Positions 27,964-49,114 of a stretch of 64,000 nucleotides of DNA are shown here, in pieces. Origin of the DNA: Dehalococcoidia bacterium (GTDB lineage: Bacteria > Chloroflexota > Dehalococcoidia > SM23-28-2 > RBG-16-64-32); contig DATKKM010000053.1 of the NCBI GenBank assembly GCA_035542855.1, positions 7,821 through 71,820 on the forward strand. Direction: 5' to 3'. The notes beneath the pieces are model-generated. The model saw nothing but the letters and a program-made list of their open reading frames with translations. It was not told the DNA's origin and made no database searches. Position 1 is the first letter of the stretch, and each line of letters opens with the position of its first letter. A program made the translations under genes and the position numbers.

Positions 27964-29274
27964 ATGCAGTTCAACCCGTTTTCCCCTGAGGTCAGGCAGA
28001 ACCCGTACCCCTCCTACGCGGAGCTGCGGCGGGAGGCGCCCCTTTACAAGCTGGAGCCGATGGGCTTCTGGATGGTCACCCGCTACGAGGACGTGCAGTT
28101 CGTGCTGAAGAGCCCGCACCTCTTCTCGTCGGAGGGCATGGCCGGCCCGCAGGGGTTGCAGGGCCAGATCCGCAGCATCATCACGATGGACCCGCCGGAC
28201 CACCAGCGGATGCGCTCTCTGGTTGGGCGCGCCTTCACGCCGCGCATGATAGCCGAGCTGGAGCCGCGCATCCGCGAGATCACCCGCGGTCTGGTCTCGA
28301 AGGTCGCTCACTCGTCTGAGTTCGACGCTATCGGCGGGCTGGCGCTGCCGCTGCCGGTGCGGGTGATCGCGGAGATGCTGGGCGTCGACGCCCGGCGCAT
28401 GCACGACTTCAAGCGCTGGTCAGACATCATGGTCGCCCAGCTGATGCGGCCCGGCGCCACGCCGGAAGAGGTCGCCTACGAGCAGGCCGAGAGGGCCGCT
28501 TTCGAGCAGTACTTCCTGTGGGCGATCGAGGAGCGGCGCAAGAAGCCCGGCAGCGACCTGATCAGCGCGCTGGTCCGCGCCGAGGAGGAGCACCAACACC
28601 TCACTGCGGATGAGGTGTTCGGTTTCGCGCTGCTGCTGCTCATCGCCGGCAATGAGACGACGACGAACCTCATCGGCAATATGGTGCTGACGCTGCTCCG
28701 CAACCCGTGGGAGCTGGAGAAGCTGCGCCGCGACCCCTCTCTGATCCCCGCCGCCGTCGAAGAGACGCTGCGCTACGACTCGCCGGTGCAGATGCTGTTC
28801 CGCATCGCCCGGGAGGACGTTGAGATGCACGGCGAGCGCATCCCGAAGGGCGCGATGGTCTGGCCGGTGCTGGCCTCCGCCAACCGCGACGAGGCCCGTT
28901 ACCCGGAGCCGGACCGCTTCCAGATCGGGCGGGACGCTTCGGGGCACGTGGCGTTCGGGCACGGCATCCACTTCTGCATCGGGGCGCCGCTGGCCCGGCT
29001 GGAGGCCCGCATCGCCATGGAGGAGCTGCTGCCGCACCTCTCGCAGGCGCGGCTCGGCGAGCAGCCGCTGGACTACATCGATGCGTTCTTCCTGCGCGGC
29101 CTCAAGCACCTGCCGCTGATGCTGCCGGAGCGCCAGCTGTCGCCGGACATGCCGCCGAGCCCGCGCGAGCTGATGCGGATGAGCGCGCGGCTGGCCCGCC
29201 ACACGGCGAAGGACGCATACGGCGGCGTGAAGGCGCTGCTCAAACGCGCCCGCCGCGACTCACCACCACTCTAG
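27964..29274 (+). CDS. cytochrome P450
   Basis: EXXR (ETLR), heme-binding FGHGIHFCIGAPLAR and I-helix AGNETT. Start at the ATG at 27964, which has an AGGAG Shine-Dalgarno. Confidence 0.9.
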   Translation: MQFNPFSPEVRQNPYPSYAELRREAPLYKLEPMGFWMVTRYEDVQFVLKSPHLFSSEGMAGPQGLQGQIRSIITMDPPDHQRMRSLVGRAFTPRMIAELEPRIREITRGLVSKVAHSSEFDAIGGLALPLPVRVIAEMLGVDARRMHDFKRWSDIMVAQLMRPGATPEEVAYEQAERAAFEQYFLWAIEERRKKPGSDLISALVRAEEEHQHLTADEVFGFALLLLIAGNETTTNLIGNMVLTLLRNPWELEKLRRDPSLIPAAVEETLRYDSPVQMLFRIAREDVEMHGERIPKGAMVWPVLASANRDEARYPEPDRFQIGRDASGHVAFGHGIHFCIGAPLARLEARIAMEELLPHLSQARLGEQPLDYIDAFFLRGLKHLPLMLPERQLSPDMPPSPRELMRMSARLARHTAKDAYGGVKALLKRARRDSPPL

Positions 29275-29411
29275 AAGCCCCCACATCAGACAAGGGAACG
29301 AGCACCCCCTCGCCTGTTCCCTTGTTGCCTGGGTAACCAGCGCGCTTCCGCGCCCCACGTTGGGGGTCAAGCGACTGTGTAAACGCCGGGAGCTGATCAG
29401 GCGTTTCGCGT

Positions 29412-30686
29412 TTACGGATAGATGCCGCGGAGGCGCGCCGCTTCCACCACGCGGCCGACGGCCAGCACCATCGCCGCTTCGCGCAGGGTGATCTTGTGCT
29501 CCTGCGCTGTGCGCAGGACGTCTGCGTAGGCGCGGGTCATCACCTTGTGCAGCTTCGCGTTGACCTCTGACTCGTCCCAGAAGTAGAACTGCAGGTCCTG
29601 CACCCATTCGAAGTAGGAGACGATGACGCCGCCCGCGTTGGCCAGGATGTCCGGCACCACCGTGATGCCGTTCGCCTTCATGATTGCGTCGCCCTCCGGC
29701 GTTGTTGGGCCGTTCGCGCCCTCCACCACGTACTTCGCGCGCACCGCCGGCGCGGTCTCGGCCGTCAGCTGGTCTTCGATCGCCGCCGGGACAAGGATGT
29801 CCACGGGCAGCGCCAGCAGCTCGGTGTTCGTGATCGAGTCGCCGGCCTTGGACTCGGCGAGCGGCGCGCGATCCTCGCGGTGGCCGTCCAGGGCATCGAT
29901 GTCCAGGCCGTTGGCGTTGTACAGCCCGCTGGTGTGGTCACTCACGGCCACCACCTTCAGGCCGGCCTGGTGCAGGAGCCGGGCCGCCGTGGCGCCGACC
30001 TTGCCGAACCCCTGCACGGCCACGGTGGCGCCTTTGAGGTCGATCTTGTTGGTGCGGGCGACCTCTTCGACGATGTATTGCAGGCCGCGCCCCGTCGCCT
30101 CGGAGCGGCCCAGCGTGCCGCCGACAGCGACCGGCTTTCCGGTGACCACGCCGGCCACGGTGTGGCCGCGGTGCATGGAGATCGTGTCCATGATCCAGGC
30201 CATCACCTGGTCGTTGGTGCCCATGTCCGGCGCCGGGATGTCCTCGTCCGGGCCGATGATGATCGAGATCTCGGTGGCGTAGCGCCGCGTCAGCCCCTCC
30301 AGCTCGCCCTGGGTCAGCGTCCTGGGATCGACGACGACGCCGCCCTTGGCCCCGCCGAACGGCAGGTTCACCACGGCAGACTTCCAGGTCATCCACATCG
30401 CCAGCGCCCGCACTTCGTCCAGCGAGACGTGCAGGCTGTAGCGCAGGCCACCCTTGGCCGGGCCGCGCGCCAGGTTGTGCTGCACCCGGTAGCCGTTGAA
30501 GACGCGCACGGAGCCGTCGCGCATGGTGACCGGGAAGTTGACGGAGAGCTCGCGCTTGCAGTTGCGGAGGACGGCGCGCATGCCTTCGTCCAGGCGCAGG
30601 CGGTCCGCCGCGGCATCGAACTGGGAGAGGGCCGTCGCCAGCACGCCGGCGACAGCGGGAGCTTCGGGCGGGGTCTTAACAACCAT
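29412..30686 (-). CDS. gdhA: Glu/Leu/Phe/Val dehydrogenase (glutamate dehydrogenase)
   Basis: Catalytic GGAKGGV motif, NAD(P)-binding GFGKVG. Confidence 0.9.
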   Translation of the reverse strand: MVVKTPPEAPAVAGVLATALSQFDAAADRLRLDEGMRAVLRNCKRELSVNFPVTMRDGSVRVFNGYRVQHNLARGPAKGGLRYSLHVSLDEVRALAMWMTWKSAVVNLPFGGAKGGVVVDPRTLTQGELEGLTRRYATEISIIIGPDEDIPAPDMGTNDQVMAWIMDTISMHRGHTVAGVVTGKPVAVGGTLGRSEATGRGLQYIVEEVARTNKIDLKGATVAVQGFGKVGATAARLLHQAGLKVVAVSDHTSGLYNANGLDIDALDGHREDRAPLAESKAGDSITNTELLALPVDILVPAAIEDQLTAETAPAVRAKYVVEGANGPTTPEGDAIMKANGITVVPDILANAGGVIVSYFEWVQDLQFYFWDESEVNAKLHKVMTRAYADVLRTAQEHKITLREAAMVLAVGRVVEAARLRGIYP

Positions 30687-30790
30687 GCTCTATCACCAGT
30701 ATAGACGCGCGCCGGGCCGGTTGGCGTAACAGGTACAGGCAAAGAAGGGGCGGGCATTTGCCCGCCCCTTCGCTTGCGCGTATCTGGAGG

Positions 30791-39176
<8,386 letters not shown>

Positions 39177-39363
39177 ACAGAACCTCTCCTCGGCACAGGC
39201 GAAAATGGTGCAGTAATGCGATTAGGCAATTACGGAAAACAAGTGAATACAGGGAATGCGAATGGGGGACTCGACAACCATCCACGTCACACTATATGTA
39301 AGCACGATGCAATTGTCAACACGAATTTACTGAACCACTACACAAATTTTTCAGGAGTGCCGT

Positions 39364-40308
39364 TCAGTTGACCGTTTCCCCGGCCAGCGCCGCGCCTGCC
39401 CGTTGCACTCGCGGCTGCCGCACGGGCGCCTGGCCGCGCATGACAGCCGTCACGCCCGCCACGATCAGCAAGCCGCCCGCCACCGTGTTCAGGCCTATGC
39501 TCTCGTCCAGGGCCAGCCAGCCGAGGACGACGGCGATGATCGGCACGATGTACGTGACCAGCGTGGCCCGCACGCTGCCCAGGTTCTCAATCAGCCAGAA
39601 GAAGGCGATGTAGGCGAAGCCGGTGCCGGCCAGCCCCAGCGCCGCCAGCGAGGCGTACCCGCGCGTGTCCAGCGAGTAGTCCGGCAGGCCCCCGGCCGCC
39701 ACGACGGCGATCGGCGCCAGGAAGAGCGTGGCCAGCGACAGCTGGGCCAGCGTGACACTGACCTGGTCCTGCCCGTGCAGAGTCTGCCGCGTGAACACCA
39801 CGCCGACTCCGTACGAGGCCGCCGCGCCGACGACGGCCAGTTCACCGAGAACGTTGGAGCTGGTGACATCGGTGACGCCGCGGCCGGTCAGCACGCCGAC
39901 GCCGGCGAACGCCAGCAGCAGCCCCGCCAGGCGGGCCCGCGTGAAGTGCTCCTCATCCAGGGCGATGGCGGCGAACAGCGCCGTGAAGATGGGGACGGTC
40001 GCGTTCAGGATAGAGGCCGTGCCGCTGGAGATGTGCTCCTCGCCGAGGGGGATGAGCATGAAGGGGATGACGTTGTTCATCACCGCCATCACTGACACCC
40101 GCGCCAGCAGCCGGGGCGTCAGCTGCAGGCGCCGCCGGGTCACGACGACGTAGGCGGCGACAGCGGCGGCGCCGAGTGCGGTTCGCCCGAGGGCCACCTC
40201 CACCGGATCTGTGCCCTCAAGGATGTACTTGATGAAGAGGAACGAGCCGCCCCACGTGCCCGCCAGCCCGATCAGCACCGGCCAGGCCCGCGCCGTCCGG
40301 GTGTCCAT
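39364..40308 (-). CDS. EamA/DMT family transporter
   Basis: Ten TM helices with duplicated EamA domains. Confidence 0.8.
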   Translation of the reverse strand: MDTRTARAWPVLIGLAGTWGGSFLFIKYILEGTDPVEVALGRTALGAAAVAAYVVVTRRRLQLTPRLLARVSVMAVMNNVIPFMLIPLGEEHISSGTASILNATVPIFTALFAAIALDEEHFTRARLAGLLLAFAGVGVLTGRGVTDVTSSNVLGELAVVGAAASYGVGVVFTRQTLHGQDQVSVTLAQLSLATLFLAPIAVVAAGGLPDYSLDTRGYASLAALGLAGTGFAYIAFFWLIENLGSVRATLVTYIVPIIAVVLGWLALDESIGLNTVAGGLLIVAGVTAVMRGQAPVRQPRVQRAGAALAGETVN

Positions 40309-40401
40309 CAGTAGCGCGGCGCCTCGCTCGCCCGCATGACGGCGCGGCTCAACGCGAGCGCGCCGAGCCAGTACCGGGCGTCTTCGTGGCCGGGCGCCGG
40401 C

Positions 40402-40890
40402 CTAAGCACTGCGGCGCTCCTTGTGGGGCTCGGCGGCGGGCAGCGGGAGAGCCGTCGTCTCCTTGAACGTGGCGAAGGCGATTGTCGTCTTGCTGGCGGT
40501 GACGGGGCCGGCCTGCCAGATGCGCTGGAGGATGTCCTGCAGCTGCTTGTTTGTGCGGCAGCGGACCTTGACGATGAAGCACTCCTCGCCGGCGATGTGG
40601 TGCGTCTCCAGGACCTCCGGGATGCCGGCGACGGCGTTGGCGATGTCGTCCGGCTTGTAGTCGCTCAGGCGGACGGAGATGTAGGCGAGCACGTCCAGGC
40701 CCAGCGCTTCTGGGTCGACGAGCGCGGCGTAGCCCTTGATCACGCCCCGCTGCTCCAGCTTCTTGACGCGCTCGTGGACGCTGGGCTGGCTGAGGCCGAC
40801 GGCTTCCGCGATGGCGGAGTGGGAGGCGCGCCCGTCCCGCTGGAGGATCTCCAGGATCTTCAGGTCGATGAAGTCGAGGTCGGAGTCCAT
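40402..40890 (-). CDS. Lrp/AsnC family transcriptional regulator
   Basis: DLKILEILQRDGRASHSAIAEAVGLSQPSVHERVKKLE HTH plus a RAM domain. Start at the internal Met (MDSDLD). Confidence 0.85.
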   Translation of the reverse strand: MDSDLDFIDLKILEILQRDGRASHSAIAEAVGLSQPSVHERVKKLEQRGVIKGYAALVDPEALGLDVLAYISVRLSDYKPDDIANAVAGIPEVLETHHIAGEECFIVKVRCRTNKQLQDILQRIWQAGPVTASKTTIAFATFKETTALPLPAAEPHKERRSA

Positions 40891-41002
40891 GGCTGGCTTC
40901 CTTGTCGTGGGATGGCCTATGTTATATCTGTCAGAGCGCTGGCCCGTCAATACTTTATCGGCCAGATGTGCGGAACGTCACGTTTTCGTCGGGCTGGAGC
41001 GC

Positions 41003-41860
41003 TCAGGACACGCGCCCGTCCAGTATCTCCCGCAGCTCCGTGCCGTTGATCGCGTCCGACATTAGCTCGTGTGTCTTCTGCTCCTTCACCTCCAGCGCTG
41101 CCCGCTTCACCGCGCCAACCGCCACGCGCAGGAACATGCTGCCGTAGCTGACGCGCGCCACGCCCATCTCCTCCAGCTCGCGGGCGCTGGGGACGCCGGG
41201 TCCGGCCAGGATGCTGACCGGCGCCGGAATCTCCTTGACCAGCGTGCGGATAAAGTCCCGCTCCGGCACGCCGAAGAAGAAGACGCTGTCGGCGCCGGCC
41301 TCGGCCCAGGCCTGGCCGCGGCGCACGCCTTCCTTGAGCGCCGCCGGCCTGTCCTCGCGCTCGGCGGAGAAGGCGTCGCAGCGGGCGTTGAGCAGGAACT
41401 CGCTGCCCAGCTTCTTGCGCTCGTCCATGAAGGCGGCGATCTTCTCCAGCTGGAAGCCGATGTCCAGCAGCTTGCCCGGGTTCGCGCGGTCGCCGTCCTC
41501 CATGTTCATCCCGGCCGCGCCCGCCGCCACGAACTGACGTACCGTCTCGCGCACGTCTTGCGGGCCGCCGTAGCCGTCCTCGCCGTCGGCGTTGACGGGG
41601 ATGCGCACGGCCTCGGCGCAGAGCTTCGTCACGCCGGCGGTCGCGTCGCGGGTGATGCCGAGGTCCGGGTAGCCCATGGCGTTGGCGAAACCGGCGCTAC
41701 TTCCCTGGATGGCCTCGAAGCCCAGGTGCTGGTAGAGGAGCGCGCTGAGCACGTTGAAGGCGCCCGGCATGATGACGATCTCCGGCGCCTGCAGGAGGGC
41801 CTTGAGCCGGCGGCTCTTCTCGTTTGCGGTCTTGATCATCTCTGCGGATGGCCTGGTCAT
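41003..41860 (-). CDS. isocitrate lyase/PEP mutase superfamily protein (methylisocitrate lyase / carboxy-PEP mutase-like)
   Basis: PGAFNVLSA ... NMEDG ... ICL/PEPM family signature. Start at Met 41860, 1 nt after the ada stop. The longer ORF prefix is Arg-rich out-of-frame overlap with ada. Confidence 0.7.
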   Translation of the reverse strand: MTRPSAEMIKTANEKSRRLKALLQAPEIVIMPGAFNVLSALLYQHLGFEAIQGSSAGFANAMGYPDLGITRDATAGVTKLCAEAVRIPVNADGEDGYGGPQDVRETVRQFVAAGAAGMNMEDGDRANPGKLLDIGFQLEKIAAFMDERKKLGSEFLLNARCDAFSAEREDRPAALKEGVRRGQAWAEAGADSVFFFGVPERDFIRTLVKEIPAPVSILAGPGVPSARELEEMGVARVSYGSMFLRVAVGAVKRAALEVKEQKTHELMSDAINGTELREILDGRVS

Positions 41861-41861
41861 G

Positions 41862-42968
41862 CTATGCGCTCCCTGCTGCGGCCGCTTCCGGCCGGTGCTC
41901 GGTCTCCATCGCCAGCAGCGCCTCCTTGCGGTGCACTCCCAGCGCGTAGCCGCCGATATCCCCGTTCTCACGCACCACCCGGTGGCAGGGGATGATGAGC
42001 GCGACGGGGTTGTGCGCGCAGGCCTGGGCCACCGCCCGCGCCGCTTTCGGGTTGCCGATCTCCCGCGCCACCTGCGAGTACGACTTCGTCTCGCCGTAGG
42101 CGATGGCCCGCAGGGCGCGCCAGACGCGGATCTGGAAGGCCGTGGCCTGGATGTCCACCGGGATGTCCAGCCGCACCTGGCGGCCGTCCAGGAAGCGGAC
42201 GATGTCCTGGATCCAGCCCTCGGCGCCGTCGCGGCGCGCAATCAGCGCCTGCGGGTACTCCCGGCGCAGCGCATCCTCCAGTTGCCGCTCGGAATCGCCC
42301 AGCTTGACCGAGCAGATGCCGCGCTCCGTGGCCCCGACCAGCAGCTTGCCCAGCACGGAGTCGACGATCTGGTAGCCGATGGCCATGCCGCGCCCGCCGC
42401 GCTGGTAGGCAGCCGGCGTCATCCCCAGCTGCTTGTCCACCGCCTCGTAGAGGCGGCTGCTGGACGGGTAGCCGGCGTCGTACATGGCCGCCGTCACGCT
42501 GGCGCCCTCGCGCAGGCCGTGGCGCAGGCGCAGCGCGCGGTGGGTGGCCGCGTACTCGCGCGGGGTAACCCACAGCGTGCGCTTGAACAGCCGCCGCAGG
42601 TACTCCGCACCGACGCCAAGGCGCCGGGCCACCGGCGCCAGCGAAGGCTGGGCGTCCGGGTCGTTCTCCAGGTAGTCGCAGGCCTGGCGCACCATCTCCG
42701 GGCGTCCGTCGGAGATCACCTCGCGGGGGGTGCAGCGCTTACAGGGGCGGTAGCCCGCGGCTTCGCACTCCTCCGGCGTGGCGTAGAACGTCACGTTCTC
42801 GCGCCTGGGGCGGCGCGAGGGGCAGGACGGCCGGCAGTAGACGCCCGTTGTCTTCACCGCCACGTAGAACACGCCGTCGTGCGAGGTGTCGCGGCTGCAC
42901 ATGACCTGCCAGCACAGCTCCTGGTCGGTGATCGCCATCTCTTCTCTCTCTGCCAACTGTATCGCCAT
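41862..42968 (-). CDS. ada: bifunctional Ada: N-terminal Cys4 methylphosphotriester repair/AraC-type HTH plus O6-methylguanine-DNA methyltransferase
   Basis: N-Ada CRPSCPSRRPRRENVTF...CKRC, AraC HTH and C-terminal IPCHRVV active site. Start at Met 42968 with a GGAGGT Shine-Dalgarno. Confidence 0.85.
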   Translation of the reverse strand: MAIQLAEREEMAITDQELCWQVMCSRDTSHDGVFYVAVKTTGVYCRPSCPSRRPRRENVTFYATPEECEAAGYRPCKRCTPREVISDGRPEMVRQACDYLENDPDAQPSLAPVARRLGVGAEYLRRLFKRTLWVTPREYAATHRALRLRHGLREGASVTAAMYDAGYPSSSRLYEAVDKQLGMTPAAYQRGGRGMAIGYQIVDSVLGKLLVGATERGICSVKLGDSERQLEDALRREYPQALIARRDGAEGWIQDIVRFLDGRQVRLDIPVDIQATAFQIRVWRALRAIAYGETKSYSQVAREIGNPKAARAVAQACAHNPVALIIPCHRVVRENGDIGGYALGVHRKEALLAMETEHRPEAAAAGSA

Positions 42969-43188
42969 TTGGTACCTCCGAGGCGAAGGGTAGCGCGCGT
43001 TTGGGGACGAAAATATCCGCTTTCGGCAATCAAGATCGGGCGGACAAACTGACAATCCTGCAAACCCACAACCCGCCCGGCCACTGCGCGACATTCGTAG
43101 GTTTGCCAGCTTGCCGGTTTGTTGGTTAGTGCGCCGGGCCGTTGTCAGCCGATGCCGCGTAGTGTAATGTCACTTTCGTCCTTCGCCT

Positions 43189-44178
43189 ATGATCGAGACT
43201 GATACAAAGGTTGCTGTGACCGACGGCCCCGTCTTCCAGGATCTGAAGGTCTTCACGGGGAACGCCTCCCCCAACCTCGCCCAGGACATCTGCCAATACC
43301 TGGAGATGCCCCTCGGCGCGGTGGAGGTCTTCGAGTTCTCCAACGAGAACATCTTCGTGCAGTTCAAGGAGAACATCCGGGCCCGGGACGTGTTCATCGT
43401 GCAGACTATGACCTCGCCGGTGAACACGCGGCTCATGGAGCTCTTCATCATGATCGATGCGGCGCGCCGCGCGTCCGCGGGCCGCATCACCGCCGTCGTC
43501 CCGTATTACCCTTACTCCCGCAGCGACAAGAAGGACCAACCGCGAGTCCCCATCACGGCCCGCCTCATCGCCAACTTCCTGGAGACCGCCGGCGCCGACC
43601 GCCTGCTCACCATCGACCTCCACGCCGGCCAGATCCAGGGCTTCTTCAACATCCCGGTGGACGAGCTGACCGCTCTCTACATCCTTTCCGCCCACGTCAA
43701 AGAGATGCATATCCCGGACCTCACCGTCGTGGCGACGGACGTCGGTGGCGCGAAGGGCGCCCGCCGCATGGCGGACCGCCTGGATTGTCCCCTGGCCGTC
43801 GTAGAGAAGCGCCGGCTGGGCAACGAAGAGGCCGTGGAGGCGCTGACGATCATCGGTGACGTAAAGGGGCGCGCGGTGCTGATCGTCGACGACGAGATTC
43901 TGACCGCGGGCACGCTGGTGGCCACCGAGCGCGTCGTCCGCGAGCACGGCGCCACCGAGGTTTACGCGGCCGCCACCCACCCGATCCTCTCCGGCGAGGC
44001 CGTCGCGCGCATCAAGAAGTCAGCTATCAAGGAGCTGGTCGTTACTGACACGATCCCGCTGCCGCCGGAGAAGATGCTCCCCAACATGCGCGTCCTCTCC
44101 GTCGCTCCCATGCTCGGCGAGGCGATCCGCCGCATCCACACGGGCCAGTCGGTCGGCGCGCTCTTCAACGGGCACTAG
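43189..44178 (+). CDS. prs: ribose-phosphate pyrophosphokinase
   Basis: VVPYYPYSRSDKK and TIDLHAGQIQGFF motifs. Confidence 0.95.
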   Translation: MIETDTKVAVTDGPVFQDLKVFTGNASPNLAQDICQYLEMPLGAVEVFEFSNENIFVQFKENIRARDVFIVQTMTSPVNTRLMELFIMIDAARRASAGRITAVVPYYPYSRSDKKDQPRVPITARLIANFLETAGADRLLTIDLHAGQIQGFFNIPVDELTALYILSAHVKEMHIPDLTVVATDVGGAKGARRMADRLDCPLAVVEKRRLGNEEAVEALTIIGDVKGRAVLIVDDEILTAGTLVATERVVREHGATEVYAAATHPILSGEAVARIKKSAIKELVVTDTIPLPPEKMLPNMRVLSVAPMLGEAIRRIHTGQSVGALFNGH

Positions 44179-44336
44179 GCGCGGCCCCCCAGCCCCCCAC
44201 CCTACAAACGAACAAACCGGCTAACCGGCAGACCATTCGAGCGTGGTATGGCAACGACCGCTCGGCAGTTTGCGAGTTTGTTGTCACCGGTGCGGTATCA
44301 TGAATGTGAATTGCTTACGAGAGATGGCTTGAACAG

Positions 44337-47231
<2,895 letters not shown>

Positions 47232-47234
47232 GCC

Positions 47235-47939
47235 ATGGTCCGGGCAGATGCCGGAGCGGAGCAGGACGTCCGCTCGGAAGCAGGGCAGATCATCGCTGAC
47301 CTCCGCGAGGCGACGGCGGCGGGCGACCAGCACTGGTTCCTCGCTCTGATGGCCGCCGTGCGCAACTGGCCCCTGCCATCGGAGACGGTGGGCGAGCGCG
47401 AGTACCGCTACCTGGTCGGCGGTGAGGCGTTCGACTGGATCTTGCTGGCCGAGCGCCTGCTGGACGAAGTCCGCGGCCTCGTCCCGGAGGAAGAGGCGGA
47501 CGCTTTGCTCTTCGAGGAGCGCCTGCCACTGGAACTGAGCGAGGCGGAGTTCCAGCAGCTGCTGGGCGCGAAGTACAAGGCGCACCTCAACTTCGTCTAC
47601 GGCGTCCGCATCGAAGGCGCGCTCAAGATCGCTGTCTCGGAAGAGGTGCGCAAGGAGCACAGCGGCTCCCGCATCTGGGAGAACGGGCACGCCGACGACG
47701 AAGCCTTCGCCCGCATCTACGGCCGTCCGCGCGAAGAGATGCTCGCAGAGTTCCGGGCCGCCGCCGGAATCGAAGACCCGGAGTGGCTATCGCTGGGGGA
47801 GCTGGCGGAGTGGCGCTACTGGCTGTTCCAGTACCGCATCAAGAGTTGCGACCCCGCCCGCGTCGCCAGCGACACCCGCAAGGGCCTGGCCTTCCTGCAG
47901 CGCCTGGAAGCATCGCGCCGCCGCACAGACATCCTGTAG
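47235..47939 (+). CDS. hypothetical protein, co-transcribed downstream of secA
   Basis: ATG 4 nt after the secA stop. Acidic/aromatic sequence with no recognised domain. Confidence 0.45.
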   Translation: MVRADAGAEQDVRSEAGQIIADLREATAAGDQHWFLALMAAVRNWPLPSETVGEREYRYLVGGEAFDWILLAERLLDEVRGLVPEEEADALLFEERLPLELSEAEFQQLLGAKYKAHLNFVYGVRIEGALKIAVSEEVRKEHSGSRIWENGHADDEAFARIYGRPREEMLAEFRAAAGIEDPEWLSLGELAEWRYWLFQYRIKSCDPARVASDTRKGLAFLQRLEASRRRTDIL

Positions 47940-47950
47940 CCGCTCCAACC

Positions 47951-47980
47951 CTTGACCCCCAACCCCCGACCCTCGACCCT
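47951..47980. repeat. tandem heptamer tract (CYYGACC)x4, ending at the purU start
   Basis: CTTGACC CCCAACC CCCGACC CTCGACC CT-ATG. Same GACCC unit, in the sense orientation relative to purU. Confidence 0.7.
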
Positions 47981-48850
<870 letters not shown>

Positions 48851-48895
48851 GGCGACAACCCCTTGCCGGGCGTTTTAACATAAGGAATGCAGATT

Positions 48896-49108
48896 ATGCC
48901 CCGCAAGAAGCCAGCCATCGATAGCGAAGCGATCGCCCGCAAGGCCTACGAGCTCTGGGAAGCCCGCGGCTATCCGCACGGCGACCCCGAGCACGACTGG
49001 TACGAGGCCGAGCGTCACCTGCGCGCCGAGGCGAACGGCAAGAAGCCCGCGAAGCCGAAGGCCGCCAAGAAGGCGCCTGCGAAGAAGCCCGACAAGAAGG
49101 CGAAGTAG
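48896..49108 (+). CDS. DUF2934 family small protein
   Basis: IARKAYELWEARGYPHGDPEHDWYEAE core and a Lys/Ala-rich tail. Confidence 0.6.
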   Translation: MPRKKPAIDSEAIARKAYELWEARGYPHGDPEHDWYEAERHLRAEANGKKPAKPKAAKKAPAKKPDKKAK

Positions 49109-49114
49109 CGGCCG

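Noticed and set aside
41861-42241. N-terminal 127-aa extension of the ICL/PEP-mutase ORF
   Set aside because: Arg-rich out-of-frame overlap with ada. A proper ATG sits one nucleotide downstream of the ada stop, at 41860.
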